A DNA stretch of 64,000 bases. Origin: Octopus bimaculoides. Lineage: Eukaryota. Under the pieces are notes generated by a model. The model made no database searches. It was not told the DNA's origin and was given only the letters and a program-made list of their open reading frames with translations. The translations under genes and the position numbers were made by a program. Below, piece after piece: positions 23,606-37,110 of this stretch. Location of the stretch: assembly GCF_001194135.2 (NCBI RefSeq), contig NC_068986.1:76307602-76371601 (forward strand), in the 5' to 3' direction. Every line of letters begins with the position of its first letter. Position 1 is the stretch's first letter.

Positions 23606-26599
23606 TATATATATAGTGTGTGTGTGTCATTTGCCATTTGACACCTTCTCTCTCTATATATATTACTTGAATAAACTAATATGAAACATATTTCTAAATG
23701 ACTAAGTGTAAAATCATATTTATGTGATTTATCAAAGATTTCGAACTGGTATTTTGTGAAACAACTCTGAGGCAATCTTAATTCAGATATTGCATCAATG
23801 CATCCCCACCTTGTGAGCTAATTGGTTCACAATCAAATCTAGTATTTTAATCCTCTTCATGGACTGTGATATATTCAGATATTAACCGCTGAATCTTTGT
23901 TTGCTTGTCTGTACATGTTTATTCAAAGTAACCATAGTAGTGCCTGTAAGATTTGTCTTATTTATTTAATAAATCTAGTTAGATTAAAATGTTCCAATAC
24001 ATCTTTGTTTATTTTGCCTTTGGCCAGTTTTATTTCTCCAGTGATGAAATCATATTTTTTTCAGCTGTTGAAAATGTTTTGGTTTTTTTTTTGATATTTT
24101 TTTATGAAGCTAAAGAAAGAAGATTTCTCTTCACACCTTTGGTATTAAGATTACTTTTTAACATATATATATATTATTGTAAAAAATAAAGAACTTACAA
24201 CACAGATTATACCAGAAAAATAAAATGACATCAAGTCAGAAGTGATTAAGATATAAAAATTATATAAGCACAAACATACATGAACATCACAAGATGTATT
24301 GTCTGAGAATTGATTTCACCAGCATCACCTAGTATTTTTCCTTCTCTATTTTTATCTTGTAAATACTAGCATGCATTAGATAATCCAGTGTGTATTAGTT
24401 TCCTTTAGTCTCAGCCATTCTCATAAATCATTGCCATTTTTTTTACAACTTCCTAATTACCTTATATTATTTTAGCCTTCCTACTAACCATCAATCCAAA
24501 ATATATTTTCATTTCACTCAGTTCTTATTACAAACACACTCACTCACCATGCTTCTATTCAACTAGCGTGTTTTTTTTTTTTACTTCATATATCTTTCTA
24601 AAATACACCTTCAGTTTTTTAACCGTCTGATGGACATCTTAGATATCATTAGTGAACTATGTTTTTAGAGATGCTATTTCTGTGTTGTATGTAAATCATT
24701 GCATTTACTGCTCTATTAGTTGTAGCTCATTGTTTCTCATGTTGTATGTAATTATGATATCATCTATTTAAAAACCAAACTCAGTATGTGCCAACTATTC
24801 CTTATTATTCCTGTAACATGTTGCATCTGCATTTGGTTTTGCCACTGGCACTTCAATTTAGGTCTAGTAGCAGGTATCCAAGTGCAGGTCCTCCAAAGTT
24901 GCGGAAATATCAGTTTGAGACAATGCCTCGAGAGTAGTAAGTATTTCCCTAGTTGACCATTTCGACTGCATTGGCTTGAAACTGTTTTTCCCCTTTACCT
25001 TAATTGGTTCACTAACTTTCACTGTTTGATACAACTAGGTTTACTTTGTGTTTTTGGTTGTGTAGTTTTTTTTTTTTTTAACTTTTCAATTCTAAACTAA
25101 CTACTTGTGCTGGTTTTTGCTTCAAAAGGTTTGTATAACTATTGTAATAAAACGAAGAAAAAAATTGAAATTAATCATTTTACATCTTTGATCTCTTTGG
25201 TAGCTATTTCTTCCTCTTCTTTGTTCACAAAACTGAGATATATTCGGTGATATTTAATACTGAGTAAGTTTTGTACAATGCATTGGGGTTATACTGATGA
25301 TGCAAAGGTTAAGTGTAAAGTTGGTGCGTAAACAATTGGCAAAAGTGACTTTTAAAGGTAAAGGTGTGTGGTTCATACTGGATGTGTGATGGGAATGATG
25401 TTAAAGTTATTGTAGTGAAGTAGAGGAAACTGGCATGTTTTCTTCATATTTAAAAACTTTGAGTCAGTAATATTTAATTTTACTTCACTAACAACAAACT
25501 TAGATGTAAGTTACTCCAAAGATAATTAAATTGATAGTACAGATTGTAGTTTTAGAAAATTTTCCTGTAATATCTTAAATTGTAAAGAATCTGTTATAAA
25601 AGTACAGAAAGGGTTGAAATTATGAGATTAATTTTTGAATTTGAAGAACACATATATGGAACGTGAAACTTATTGAATTCAAAAAGATCTATGCAGCTTC
25701 CTTCTTAATATCCATGTCTAAAACTGACAAGATAATAGCATTGAGAATAAAGACGTGGAAAAAGTTAAATTTTAATCCATCTACTTATGTAGTTGTGCAT
25801 GTTACTTGTTACTAATAATGATGATATGAACAACAGATTTGCTTAATACATCTAAGAAAACAAATGTAATTAGAGGACGATAACATATGAGTGGAAGCTT
25901 GTGAAGTAGTTAGTGCTTGAGTTTTCAGGTGGAGCATCTGGTGTAGCTTTTGTTGGAGTGTCTTTGGAATTATTGGCTAAAGACATAAGTCTTCCTTACA
26001 ATTAGTGAAGATGGGTTTTTTTTTTTTTTTTTTTTTTTTAGTCAGTGTTAGTGTGCTGGGTAAAATGCTTCGTCGCATTTCATCTGTCTCTACATTCTAA
26101 GTTCAAATTCTGCTTCAGTTGACTTTGCCTTTCATCTTTTTGGGGTCAATTGAAATAAGTACCAGTTGACAACTAGAGTTGATTACATCAACTCTCCTCT
26201 GAAATTGCTGGCCTTGTACCAAAATTTGAAACCAATATATCCTTTGCCATGTTAATGAATAGGACAGATCTTCTGTGTGTCACATTGTCATAATATCAAA
26301 TATAAATTCACATCTAGTTCTTGAATATGGAGAAAAATGGATGTTGAAATGATAAAAAGTTATTGTGTCTTTCATAGTTGTTATTTTATAATCTTTAACA
26401 TTGTAAATTTTTCATGTTGATGATGTACTGCATGGAATCTCTTTTAAATGTTTAAGTTATAAAATACTACAGTTACATGTAATCAAATGACTGATTCCTG
26501 TATGGTATAATATTGATGATGTCAGTTAAATTGACTGCATCAATCAAAAGATATTGCAAATTGATATCGAAAGTAAAAACTACTGTATAGCCAAATATC

Positions 26600-28760
26600 T
26601 TTCTTCTGTCTGCTGAGACATTCTTGGTACACCATTTCTTGAGTAAGCATTTATCTGTTACAGTTGAATTTGGTACCTCTTCCTCCATCTAATTTTGGAG
26701 GTTTTCCGTTTGGCCTCACTAAATGTTGATCCAGCCAGAATACTTTCTGTCACTTAATATTAAATTTGTTAATTAAGTTTAAATCATCTGATGCCAAGTT
26801 TACTCGGTATGAAATGTCTCAGATGCTTGAAGAAAATACTATCGAGCCTAGTGAGTCACTGCAGTGAGCACAAATATGTATCATTAACAATAACAACAAA
26901 ATGTTTAGTGCTTGACTGCTCCAAAACTATTAATAAATTCACTTATTTAGATGCTTACCCACTGCCCAACTTTGTGAACAAAATATCATGTGAGATAATA
27001 CTGTAACAGTTGACTGATGTAACCTGTACCACTGTGTTACAGCTCATTGATGAAGTATTTCCCATTTTTGAGGCAACTGAGCAATTGTTTCTGTTCAACT
27101 GCCTTACAAACAGTATTACCTGTCTTTCAATGAACTATTGACAGATGTTGTATGTGGTAAAATATAAAAAAAGGAACATGACAAAAATTCAGCTAAATAC
27201 TTAAGTTGTTCATAAATCTAATATGTGGCACTGAGTAATGATAAATATAAATTCACAACTAACTCTGCATTCTAGGTTATCAAATTAACCATACAAATTG
27301 CTTCCTGGTTTCCCACATTTAACTTAGTCATATTTGTATATACAAATGAGCAACAGGTCTTATTACTTATTATTGTTGATGGGTTCCCCACTCCTCTGAA
27401 GGAATATGACCCTTAATCAAAATCCGGTTTCTGCTCCCAGGAGAAGCTATCATAGCAATCACTGACTCAAAAATTATCATTATGGGGCCTGTCAAGGTTA
27501 AAGTTGAGGCTACCATCAAGGTTACTCATAATCAAAATAGTGGACCTTTGGCAGTGTTTTTTCAGTCACTAAATTCTGCCTAGAACAGTCATTGCACAGT
27601 AGAAAAACTGTCAAAAAATGGCATCACTTTCTCTTAGGCAAGTAATTTTCCCTAGTGTCTGATTGGAAATCTGTAACTTATATGCTCAATGAAAAGAAAA
27701 GTTAGATTAAAAAATGAGAAAATATTACATTGGCAATTAAAACTTATGCCATTTCTGTTATTCTGAAATTTTACATTATCATGAATCCCTTTAATACTGC
27801 CATATGATATATCTATTCTGTAACTTTTGTGGTACTGCTTCACAGAGTAACCACTCAAAACTCTGCTAATCTCTCTACTGATCTCAATATCCTTGGTGTA
27901 CTACTTTGTGATCATCATCATTTAACATCTGTTTTCCACACTGGCATGGGTTGGACTGTTTGACAGGAGCCAGCCAGGTAGAGGACTACACCAGGCTACT
28001 CTGTTTGTTTTTGGCATGGTTTTTATGGCTGGATGCCCTTTCTAATACCAACCATCCTGTAGAGTGAACTGAGTGCTTTTTACATGGTACCAGTACAGGT
28101 GAGGTCTGTTTTGGCATGGTTTTTACAGCTGGATGCCCTTCCAAATGCCAACCACTTCATAGTAGTGTGAACTAGATGCTTTTTATGTGGCACCAGCACC
28201 AGTAACTTCCAAGTAACACCAAGTAACTTCCAAGACTTGCAAGGAATTTTGAGTGGGGAGGGGGAATTGGAGGAGGTGATCTTGTATGAGATGATGAAAA
28301 ATATTTCTGGATACTACATTTGTCAAAGGATAATGCCACAATACTCTCATCATTTTACTCGATATGTCCATTCTGGTCAAGGAACTTCCTCTATGTCTTC
28401 TGAACTGAAGTGTTTCATGTATGATTGACATGACTCAATTAGCTGCCCCTACCACATTACTTGAAATAGATGGTGAACATTTTGTTGGTATTGTTTAGAA
28501 AACTTGACCCCTGCAAGGAATCTGTTCATTTTGATGTGTTACAGTCACTGTGATCCACAAACTCCATAAATATCTGTTCATTAGGCTTTCCTTGCCAGGA
28601 TAGGTTCTGTTAAGGAGAGACATCTGTAATAAGGATAACCCTTTTGCCAAAAATGTACTTTTGGAATCAAATCACCACTATGCTCACATTTGTTTTCCCA
28701 GTGGCAGAGTAGATACTGTGGCAATTAGGGACTTAGCCCCCAACAAGAGATTCCCTCAAT
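26600..28760 (+). mobile_element. Highly decayed Ty3/Gypsy LTR-retrotransposon pol remnant (protease-RT-RNase H-integrase), with internal deletions and an RTE tail inserted
   Basis: Motifs in Gypsy order: CLVLDCSKTINKFTYLDAYPLP (~26900-26967, RT); KKWHHFLLGK.FSLVSD.KSV..KNEKILHW (~27610-27740, RNase H); YVHSGQGTSSMSSELK (~28362, integrase core); VLLRR...YAHICFPSGRVDTVAIRDLAP (~28600-28741). Confidence 0.8.
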
Positions 28761-29647
28761 GAGTCTGAGTTTGAGCATGATAAGTCCTCTAATTAAATGT
28801 ATTGAAATTCCTGAAAATAGCCTTGATTTCTTTAACCTGATTCCTACACAATAACCCAATTAAAACTTTTACAGACTTTGTGGCTCTGTTCTATTCACAT
28901 TAGAAGACCAAATAAAAGATATGGTTGGACCTAAAATAAAATATATTGAGACACTCTTCTAATAATTTACTCGGTTGGTCATTCATATTGCCAATATGTG
29001 GTGGGGATTGTGAAGAACATATACTATTATAATAACAGAAAAGATTCTATTGCTGTGTACTGTTACCTCTGGTAGTTCTGTCAATGAAAGTCCTAGTGAA
29101 TTAAAATCTGATTTATTACCTCTAAGGTGGTTCTTATTTGAGGTATTTTCTTGTACTTATGTTAGGTAGTTAGAAATTTATGTTTAGCAAAAATTTTAAT
29201 TGTTGTATCACTCAAAATCAGCTGTGTCTTTCATCCTTTCAGTATTGATAAAATAAGTACCAGTTGAACACTGGGATTGATATAATTGACTTAATCCCCT
29301 CTCCTGAAATTTTTGGCCTTGTGCCAAAATTTGAAATCAGTATTATGCAGAGTTCAAATACTGCTGAGGTCATCTTGCCTTTCACCTCTTTTGGGATTGA
29401 TAAAATAAAGTACCAGTCAAGTGCATGTGTGTGNNNNNNNNNNNNNNNNNNNNNNNGGGGGGTTATGTAATCGACTATTCCCCATTTCTCCTAAAATTGC
29501 TACCCTTGTGCCAAAATTTGAAACAGTATTATGCAGTGTCAACCAACTACTTAAAGTCTGAAACTATGGAATGTGAAAAAAAAATTGGTGATTATCTAAA
29601 TCAGTAAATAGTCAGTACTAGGAGTTTCCAAAGTTGTATAAACTAGT

Positions 29648-29970
29648 TGGCGTTGAGGTAAGAAGTTTGCTTCCTAAGGCATGGTTCGGGGTTCTGTTCT
29701 TCTGTGTGGAACCTTGGGCAAGTGTCTTCTACTATGCACCATTCGAGCATGGTCAATGCTAGTGCCGTCTGACTGGATCTCATACCAGTGGCACATAAAA
29801 AGCACCAACTATACTCCTGGAGTGTTTGGCATTAGGAAGGGCATCCAGCTGTAGAAACCTTGCCAGATGAGATTAAAGCCTGGTGCAGCCTCTTGGCTTG
29901 CCAGTCCTCAGTGAAATCGTCCAACCGATGCCAGCATGGAAAGCAGACGTTAAACAATGACGATGATGAT
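29648..29970 (+). mobile_element. Composite element: family B SINE head joined to an RTE-type 3' tail
   Basis: The 5' part matches the family B head up to CTTGGGCAAGTGTCTTCTACTAT. The 3' part matches the RTE tail ending in (GAT)n. Confidence 0.65.
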
Positions 29971-29974
29971 TATT

Positions 29975-30066
<92 letters not shown>

Positions 30067-30694
30067 ATAGAATTAAACACTTGAATCTTTCCCACAGTCT
30101 TATTCTTCAAGATATTGTTCATAACTTTGGTATTTCTTCTATTCTCCATCATAGTTACCATTTTTTATTTTAACCATTCACATACATCACATTCAAAGTT
30201 TTAACTTTTACAAATATGGAAATTGTTATCATTTTGATTTGTTTGATTTGCTAATTTGTTTTTATTGGTGGATTTAATATATTTAATTTTTTTTTTTTAA
30301 TCTTTTCATTTTTTCCCCCTTAGTTTTATATATTTTCTTTTTTCTTTTTATTTATCTAACCTCACATTAATATGATATTTTTGGTAAATTTTGGTATTGA
30401 GAATTTATTACAATTCAAAAGATTAAGGAACTTATTAAATATGCTGAATATGAGTGATTTAATAAAATGAAAATTATAAATATTATTTTGTTAATTGTAT
30501 CAAAATCTTAACTTTATTCTGTTTTTTTTTTTCTGTAAGTACATCTGGTTTCCTGATGTTAAAATATCTTACTTACAGAACGTTTTTATATTTATTATTA
30601 TGTGTCATAATGTAGAAAACTGTCTTAATGATATGGTTGTAAATACACTGAAACCAATATTTTTTTTTAAACTGAACTTTTTCTTTTAAGCATT

Positions 30695-30928
30695 TTAACT
30701 CTTTAGCATTCAGTTTACTTTGTCAAATGTAATGCTTCTTTATTTACATTCTTTTGAATTAATCCTGCATTGTCTTGTAGCTTCAAGATTTCACTGATGT
30801 AATTAATTGTTTATTTTTAGAATGACATTGTGGGGGTTGGTGCAAGAGGCCAGATCTGGCTAATTTGAACATAAAACAGATAGAATATTTTGGCCAGATA
30901 TGGGCAGGTTAAAAGCTAAAGGATTTAA
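30695..30928. mobile_element. piggyBac-like MITE
   Basis: TTAA-CTCTTTAGCATTCAG...GCTAAAGGAT-TTAA. Confidence 0.65.
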
Positions 30929-31184
30929 ATCATTGGTGCTTTAATGTTTTGTTTTAATACTGTATAGAAATTGAAGTATTTACCTGTAAAACACACACAC
31001 ACAGAATTTGTTGGCTAAAATCTATAGATATATTGTGTAGCACAGTGGTATTTTAATATTTTTGTCAATGTTTTGATCAAGCTGCATCTATGATTTTCTT
31101 ATTTTCAGTCAAAGGAAGTTTTAAATAGATGTTTCTTACTTGACAATTTGAAAATATTAATCTTATTTTCTTTGCTACTTACAG

Positions 31185-31346
31185 TGGACAAGGCCTTGAA
31201 GTTTGTAATCCACCACGATCACGAGCTCATTGTCGAACAATGGCTGAACAGTTATTTCATGACAGCTTGCCACTTGAGGGACAATTGAGCAATATGGTGT
31301 CGAGGGGCCTCCAACCAGAGTCCATGAATAAACTCAGTCAACTCAG
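31185..31346 (+). CDS. SMG6: SMG6 exon 3 (..GQGLEVCNPP...LEGQLSNMVSRGLQPESMNKLSQLR)
   Basis: Acceptor ttacag|, donor AG|GTAATG, phase 2 at both ends. Similar to human QELQLSNLLSR..PEGLEKMAQLR. Confidence 0.88.
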
Positions 31347-31659
31347 GTAATGAAAACGAAAAAGACAAATGTAAACTTGTATGTTGTGTTGGTTTGTATC
31401 AGACTAGCTACTATCATTTCCATTATCATTATTTAGCATTCGCTTTTCCATGCTTGCATGGGTCAGGTGGAATTTGTTGAGTTAGATTTTCTGTGGTTGG
31501 ATGCTCTTCCTGTCATCAACCTTCACTTGTTTCCTAATGAGGTAATATTTTCTCATGGCCAGACTTGTCTTTCACAGAAGAATGGAAACACGGCTTATAT
31601 TTCAACCATGTTGTCAAGACAAAGGTAAACACAAACACACATACATATACATACATGCA

Positions 31660-32130
31660 TGATGATGGCTGTCCACTCATGACCGAGGAAGACCATCACT
31701 GACCATTGCCCATATAAAATACCAAGCATGTTTGTGCATGAAGTGATTGCACCAGCAGTTGGCTTCACCTGGGTTTGCATCTGTAATTTCCATGCTTGCT
31801 ATGGAACCCTCCTATTTGACCAAGCATTAGATAGTTGCCTTGCCGGTAATTGCACGGCCTATAATTTTAGGCCCAGTGAGGCTTGCATAGCACCTAAGAG
31901 ACCCTTTCCACCCTACTGACATGATCCAGAGACAAACCAGGGCAAAATCTACTGTGCCAGCATGGGTCACAGGCTTAGGAATGTGGGAGTGTCATGAATT
32001 CAAACGCAAGCAAAAGATCCCAAAAATGTTCAATACCATTTCCTGCATATCAGGTTTTGCATCAGAGTAACCTAGAGATATGCTTTAACAAAAACTATGC
32101 AGGGCCTCACTCCTAGTGGTCTTCCAGCAT
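31660..32130 (+). mobile_element. Probable 5'UTR of an RTE-type LINE
   Basis: A GC-richer block starting (GAT)n-GGCTGTCCACTCATGACCGAGGAAGACC, resembling RTE terminal sequences from memory. No coding motif recognised. Confidence 0.3.
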
Positions 32131-32676
32131 GCCAGACACTAACCCAGGAATTCTGAGGGCCCATGCACACATACGCATGCATGCACGCACACACACACAA
32201 TGGGCTTCTTTCAGTTTTGGTCTACCAAGCCCACTCAAAGCTTTGGTCTGTGCAGAGGAACAGAAACTGAGATCACATGATCAAGAAGCACGCTTCTTAA
32301 TCACACAGCTGTGTCTGCACCTCACCAATGAATGACATTGAATTAAAATGTAATGAGAGATGCTCATTTTCAGGTGTATTTCAGAGCTACAGATGTAAAA
32401 CTACTCTGATTAAAATGAAAAGAATGTTGCTTTATTTTTTTTCATGAGGCACAACAAACATCTCTGTATTAAAAAGGAATGAAAAGTGAAGAAGTGTTAT
32501 ATTCATGGGATTTGTAGTTAAGTAAAGTAAAAATGATTGAAACCCTGTTCCAATCACATTATGTGGCAAGCTGGCAGAACTGTTGACACTCCAGGCAAAA
32601 TGCCTAGTGGAATTTTATGTGTCCTTATGTTCTAAGTTAAAATTCTGCCAAGGTTGACTTTACCGTTCACCCTTTC

Positions 32677-32985
32677 ATCATCATCATCATTTAACATCCA
32701 TTTTACATGCTGGCATGAGTTGGATGGGTTGACTGAAAACTGGTAAGCTGGAGAGCTGCACTAGGTTCCAGTCTGATTTGGTATGGTTTCTACAGCTGGC
32801 TGCCCTTCCTAACGCCAACTACTCCAAGAGGGTGCTTTGTATGTGCCACTGGCACAGGTGCCAGTTATGTAACACCAGCATTCGCTACAACTATGATCTC
32901 ACTTGGCTTGACAGGTTTTCTCAAACATGGTATAACGCCAAAGGTCTCAGTCACTTGTCACTGCTTCCATGAGGCCCAACGTTTG
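32677..32985 (-). mobile_element. RTE LINE 3' end (ORF2 C-terminus plus short 3'UTR)
   Basis: Minus-strand TLGLMEAVTSD*DLWRY..FEKTCQAK* followed by the family tail. Confidence 0.7.
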
Positions 32986-33402
32986 ATCAGTCAAGTACTG
33001 GGGTTGATGTAATCAACTTACCTTTCTCCTCAAATAGTGCTGGCCCTGTGCCAAAATTTGAAACCATTTTGTGATGGGGATGTGAAAAAGTTTGTACACA
33101 GTTCTTTATTGGAAATGTGATAGTACCATCTGATGTCCTCAGTGGTTCTCAGGGCTCTGCTATTGGAGCCATTGATCCACTTTACCAGGGTCTTTGAGAG
33201 GGGTCACTTTTCTGTTTTGTAGAGGAGAATAGAGAGGGATATGGTTGCCTGTTATAAAGATCAGAATACACATGGTTCATTTGTGATAAGATTTTAGTGG
33301 TCATTATTTGTAATCTTTTAGATTACAAATAATCAATCAATCTCATTAAATATGTCCTGCACTGCAAATAATGTTTATTTTATTTTAATCCTTTAAATTT
33401 AG

Positions 33403-33604
33403 ATTGGATTTGCAAACCAAGTGTGAGCAGATAATTCTGTTGGATTTAGAAGTATCGATTAAGCAAAATGTTGAACAGCTGCTCTGGAAGTCAGTATACT
33501 ATCAGCTGATAGAAATTTACCGTAAGCAGTTATCAGAGGAGCCATCAACCAGAAACATTTCTACAGAAAGCATTAAGGAGCAACTCTTTACTGTCCTTGA
33601 TGAG
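33403..33604 (+). CDS. SMG6: SMG6 exon 4, start of the 14-3-3-like/TPR (EST1) domain (LDLQTKCEQIILLDLEVSIKQNVEQLLWKSVYYQLIEIYRK...VLDE)
   Basis: Acceptor tttag|, donor GAG|GTATAT, phases 2/0. Matches the EST1-family NVEQ.LWK..Y motif. Confidence 0.95.
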
Positions 33605-33667
33605 GTATATACTGCTGTACATTTAATCAATCACTTTACATTATTGCAATGAAATTTCTAATACTCA

Positions 33668-33871
33668 TTTACTTGTTTCAGTCATTTGACTGTGGCCGTG
33701 CTGGAGCACCACCTTTTTAGTCTAGCTAATTGACCCCCAGGACTTATTCTTTGTAAGCCTAGTACTTATTCTATCGGTCTCCTTTTGCCGAACCGCTAAG
33801 TTACGGGGACGCAAACACACCAGCATCGGTCGTCAAGCGATGGTGGGGGGACAAACACAGACACACACACA

Positions 33872-33911
<40 letters not shown>

Positions 33912-33928
33912 NNNNNNNNNNNNNNNNN

Positions 33929-33963
<35 letters not shown>

Positions 33964-34115
33964 ACGGGCTTCTTTCAGTTTCTGTCTACCAAATCCACTC
34001 ACAAGGCTTTGGTCGGCCCAAGGCTATAGTAGAAGACACTTGCCCAAGGTGCCACGCTGTGGGACTGAACCCGGAACCATGTGGATCGTAAGCATGCTAC
34101 TTACCACACAGCCAC
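33668..34115 (-). mobile_element. tRNA-derived SINE family B, full length, with internal (CA)n(TA)n
   Basis: Head GTGGCTGTGTGGTAAG...GGTTCAGTCCC and tail GTCAAATGACTGAAACAAGTAAA on the minus strand. Confidence 0.85.
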
Positions 34116-34253
34116 TTATTAATGCTTTTAAAACATTTTAGGTTAGTTTGATTAATAATGATTAAGCTAGCATATTGAGAATTATCTGCATGACAACATT
34201 AGCTTACAATATACCTGAAGTAAATCTTGCGATTTTTCTTTTGCTCTTTTTTA

Positions 34254-34570
34254 AATAGCTCTTGCCAACCTTGTTGAATAGCCATATCTAGTCTTGTTAA
34301 ATGGCTGTAGCCAGCCTTGTTGAATAGCTCTAACCAAACATGTTGAATACCAGTCTTGTTGAATACCTCTTGCAAGTCTTGTTAACTAGCTATATGTAGC
34401 CAGCCATGTTGAATGGCTATAGCTAGCCTTATTGAACGGCTCAAGTCAAATTTGTTGAACAGCTTTAGGCAAATTTGTTGAACAGCTTTAGCCAAATTGC
34501 TGAATAGCTGTAGCCAAATTGTTGGATAGCTCTCGCCAAATTGTTAAATAGATCTAGCCAGCCTTGCTGA
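34254..34570. repeat. Degenerate ~22-23 bp minisatellite (consensus ~TAGCCAGCCTTGTTGAATAGCTC), about 13-15 units
   Basis: TTGTTGAATAGC and TAGCCA recur at roughly 22-23 nt spacing. Confidence 0.8.
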
Positions 34571-34800
34571 TTAGTTGTTGAAGTTATCTCTACAGATATT
34601 CTACAGAAATTATAGCCAGCACTGATTTTTGTTACTGTACTATAATTTCTAGAGAATATCTGTAGAGATAAGCCCAACAAGTGATGTAAAGCACACTGCT
34701 AAAGCAGTTGAACATGGCATTGTGTTATAAAAACGTTTAATATACTTTATAGTATATCATAGTTGCATAATGAAATACCTTATCCCTACAAGTCATTAAT

Positions 34801-34940
34801 ACTTGCTGATTAGATCTAGCTAAACTTGTTGAATAGATCTAGGTAGACTTACTGAATAATCTAGCCAGTGTTGTTGAATAACTCTTGCTAGCTTTATTGA
34901 ATAATTCTAGCAGATCTTGTTGAGTAGCTCTGATCAGCTG
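34801..34940. repeat. Second block of the same minisatellite (~6 units)
   Basis: CTTGTTGAATAGATCTAG-like units. Confidence 0.7.
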
Positions 34941-35005
34941 TGTATACATAAACAAGTCTATGGTGTGGAACTTGCTGACTGAAAGCTTAGTGATTCAAGA
35001 CATAT

Positions 35006-35382
35006 TCTTTGTTTTGTTTCAGTCATTTGACTGCGGCCATGCTGGAGCACTGCCTTTAGTCGAACAAATCGACCCCAGGACTTATTCTTTGTAAGCCTAG
35101 TACTTATTCTAATGGCCTCTTTTGCTGAACCGCTAAGTTATGGAGACATAAGTTCACCAACATCGGTTGTCATGCGATGATGAAGGAGGACAAACATACA
35201 CACACACACACACACATATATACGACGGGCTTCGTTCAGTTTCCATCTACCAAATCCACTCACAAGGCTTTTGTCGACTCGAGGCTATAGTAGAAGACAC
35301 TTGCTCAAGGTGCCACGCAGTGGGACTGAACCCGGGACCATGTAGTTAGTTAGCAAGTTACTTACCACACAGCCACTCCTGC
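35006..35382 (-). mobile_element. SINE family B, full length
   Basis: Near-identical to 33668-34115. Confidence 0.85.
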
Positions 35383-35890
35383 TCCTACAATATGTCTGAT
35401 GTTTCATTTGCCCCAAACTTCAGCAGTCTAGTTGTGGCCATTGCATTTCTGTTTGCTATACCGAGTAGGCTGAGTGATTATGTAGAATCATTCTCATTTT
35501 CTTTTTATTCTTTCAAAGACGGTACTTGAAGATGTTTGAAAATTTAGACTTGTATAGTGTAGTTTGCTTCAGTTGATTATTGAGGTAGCAAAACAATTGT
35601 TTTAAATACAAATTTCTGTGCATTATATACAATAGCAATAACTAATGTATATTATTTTCGCTTCACTAAAAACAATAAATAATTGATTTATAGATTCAAT
35701 GAAATTCTGCTAACAACAAAAATTAAAACTCCCTTCATGGAGGCCATATGCTTATCTTGTTATTGTTAACAGTTTAAAATACTTGATTTGTTAGAGTGAT
35801 GAGGGAAGAAACTAATAATTAAACACTGATGAGTTTTGTTTTAAATTGTGTGATCTTATATTTTTTTTATATTTTTGTTTTGTCTTCTAG

Positions 35891-36108
35891 GGAACTTCCT
35901 TCTATGAAGGTCTTTTAGAACATTTGCAGACAACTTACAACTTCTCCTTGACACCATTTCTTGACACCAATGGCTCCCCTCCTGAAACCTGCAACAGAAC
36001 AGTCAAACTTGCTTTACTCACTGCCCAAAGAATTATGATATGTCTTGGTGACATAGCTCGATATCGAGAATTGGCCAATGATTCTACAAACTATGGTAGA
36101 GCACGAAG
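35891..36108 (+). CDS. SMG6: SMG6 exon 5 (GTSFYEGLLEHLQTTYNF...AQRIMICLGDIARYRE...NYGRAR)
   Basis: Acceptor ttctag|, donor AG|GTGATT, phases 0/2. Contains the hallmark EST1/SMG5-7 GDIARY motif. Confidence 0.96.
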
Positions 36109-36878
36109 GTGATTGTTGAATTCTGTAATTGATTTTGAATTCATCATTGGTTTGTCGATATTTTCTCATTTACATTCAGTATCATTTCAACTGTGCACAG
36201 TGTTTCATATTTGAAGAAATAATCCTGTTTATACCATCATGATACTGACAATGTTCTTTTTTGCTTACTAGTATGGATGGGTGAATCTTTTAAATTTGAA
36301 TATTTTTAATTTGGAGGAAATGTTATAAAAAAACAGTTACCATTTCTGCAGCTAACTTGTCTATGGTGATTTAATTGTGAGAATGATTATCAGTAGATGA
36401 CAAAGCTGACTATGATGGTTGGAGTAAGTTTTGAACTGCTGATTATGTGGTTATTGCTCCAGTACCTTGACTCTCTTTTATCTCCTTTCTAAACTGATCC
36501 TCTAAAATCATGTTGAAGTTTAAAGTAAGATTTAATGATCAGAAATTTATTTAAAACAAGGAAAAACTTGTTCAATTAAACAGCATGAAAACATGAGCAC
36601 AGTAATTTATAACTTTATATCATTTATTCTAACAAGACTGCAACAAAGTTAATGATTTTATATAAAGTACTAATACTAATTAGTGTTATAACTAATCTCT
36701 GATTAACTGAACAGCTAGCTAATATCTATCCTATGCAGAACAATAGATATGTATAATTTAGCTTGAACCAGATCAGAGATTGATTTAAATCACCATTTTT
36801 ATTTTTGTAAAATGGAATTTTTGTTAGGTTAAACTAGAATTTTAATCATACTGACTTGAACATTTTTTCCATTTCCAG

Positions 36879-36957
36879 TTGGTACATGAGGGCTCAACAA
36901 CTTGCCCCTAAAAATGGTCGACCTTACAATCAACTTGCAATCTTAGCTCTCTATACA
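36879..36957 (+). CDS. SMG6: SMG6 exon 6 (SWYMRAQQLAPKNGRPYNQLAILALYT)
   Basis: Acceptor ttccag|, donor ACA|GTAAGT, phases 2/0. Contains the conserved P.NGRPYNQLA motif. Confidence 0.96.
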
Positions 36958-37110
36958 GTAAGTATTTCAATGTAACATTCCTTTTGCATTTTTTATTTTT
37001 AAGTTGTTGATAAACTAATACAAAGATATTCAGTTAGGACTAACATAATAATGAGTTTAGCAAGTGTAAGTTAATCCTTTCACTGCAAAATGAAATTTTG
37101 TGGTTATTCC

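Noticed and set aside
34254-34940. Regularly spaced short repeats resembling a CRISPR array
   Set aside because: The units are contiguous and degenerate with no unique spacers, the context is a eukaryotic intron, and there are no cas genes.
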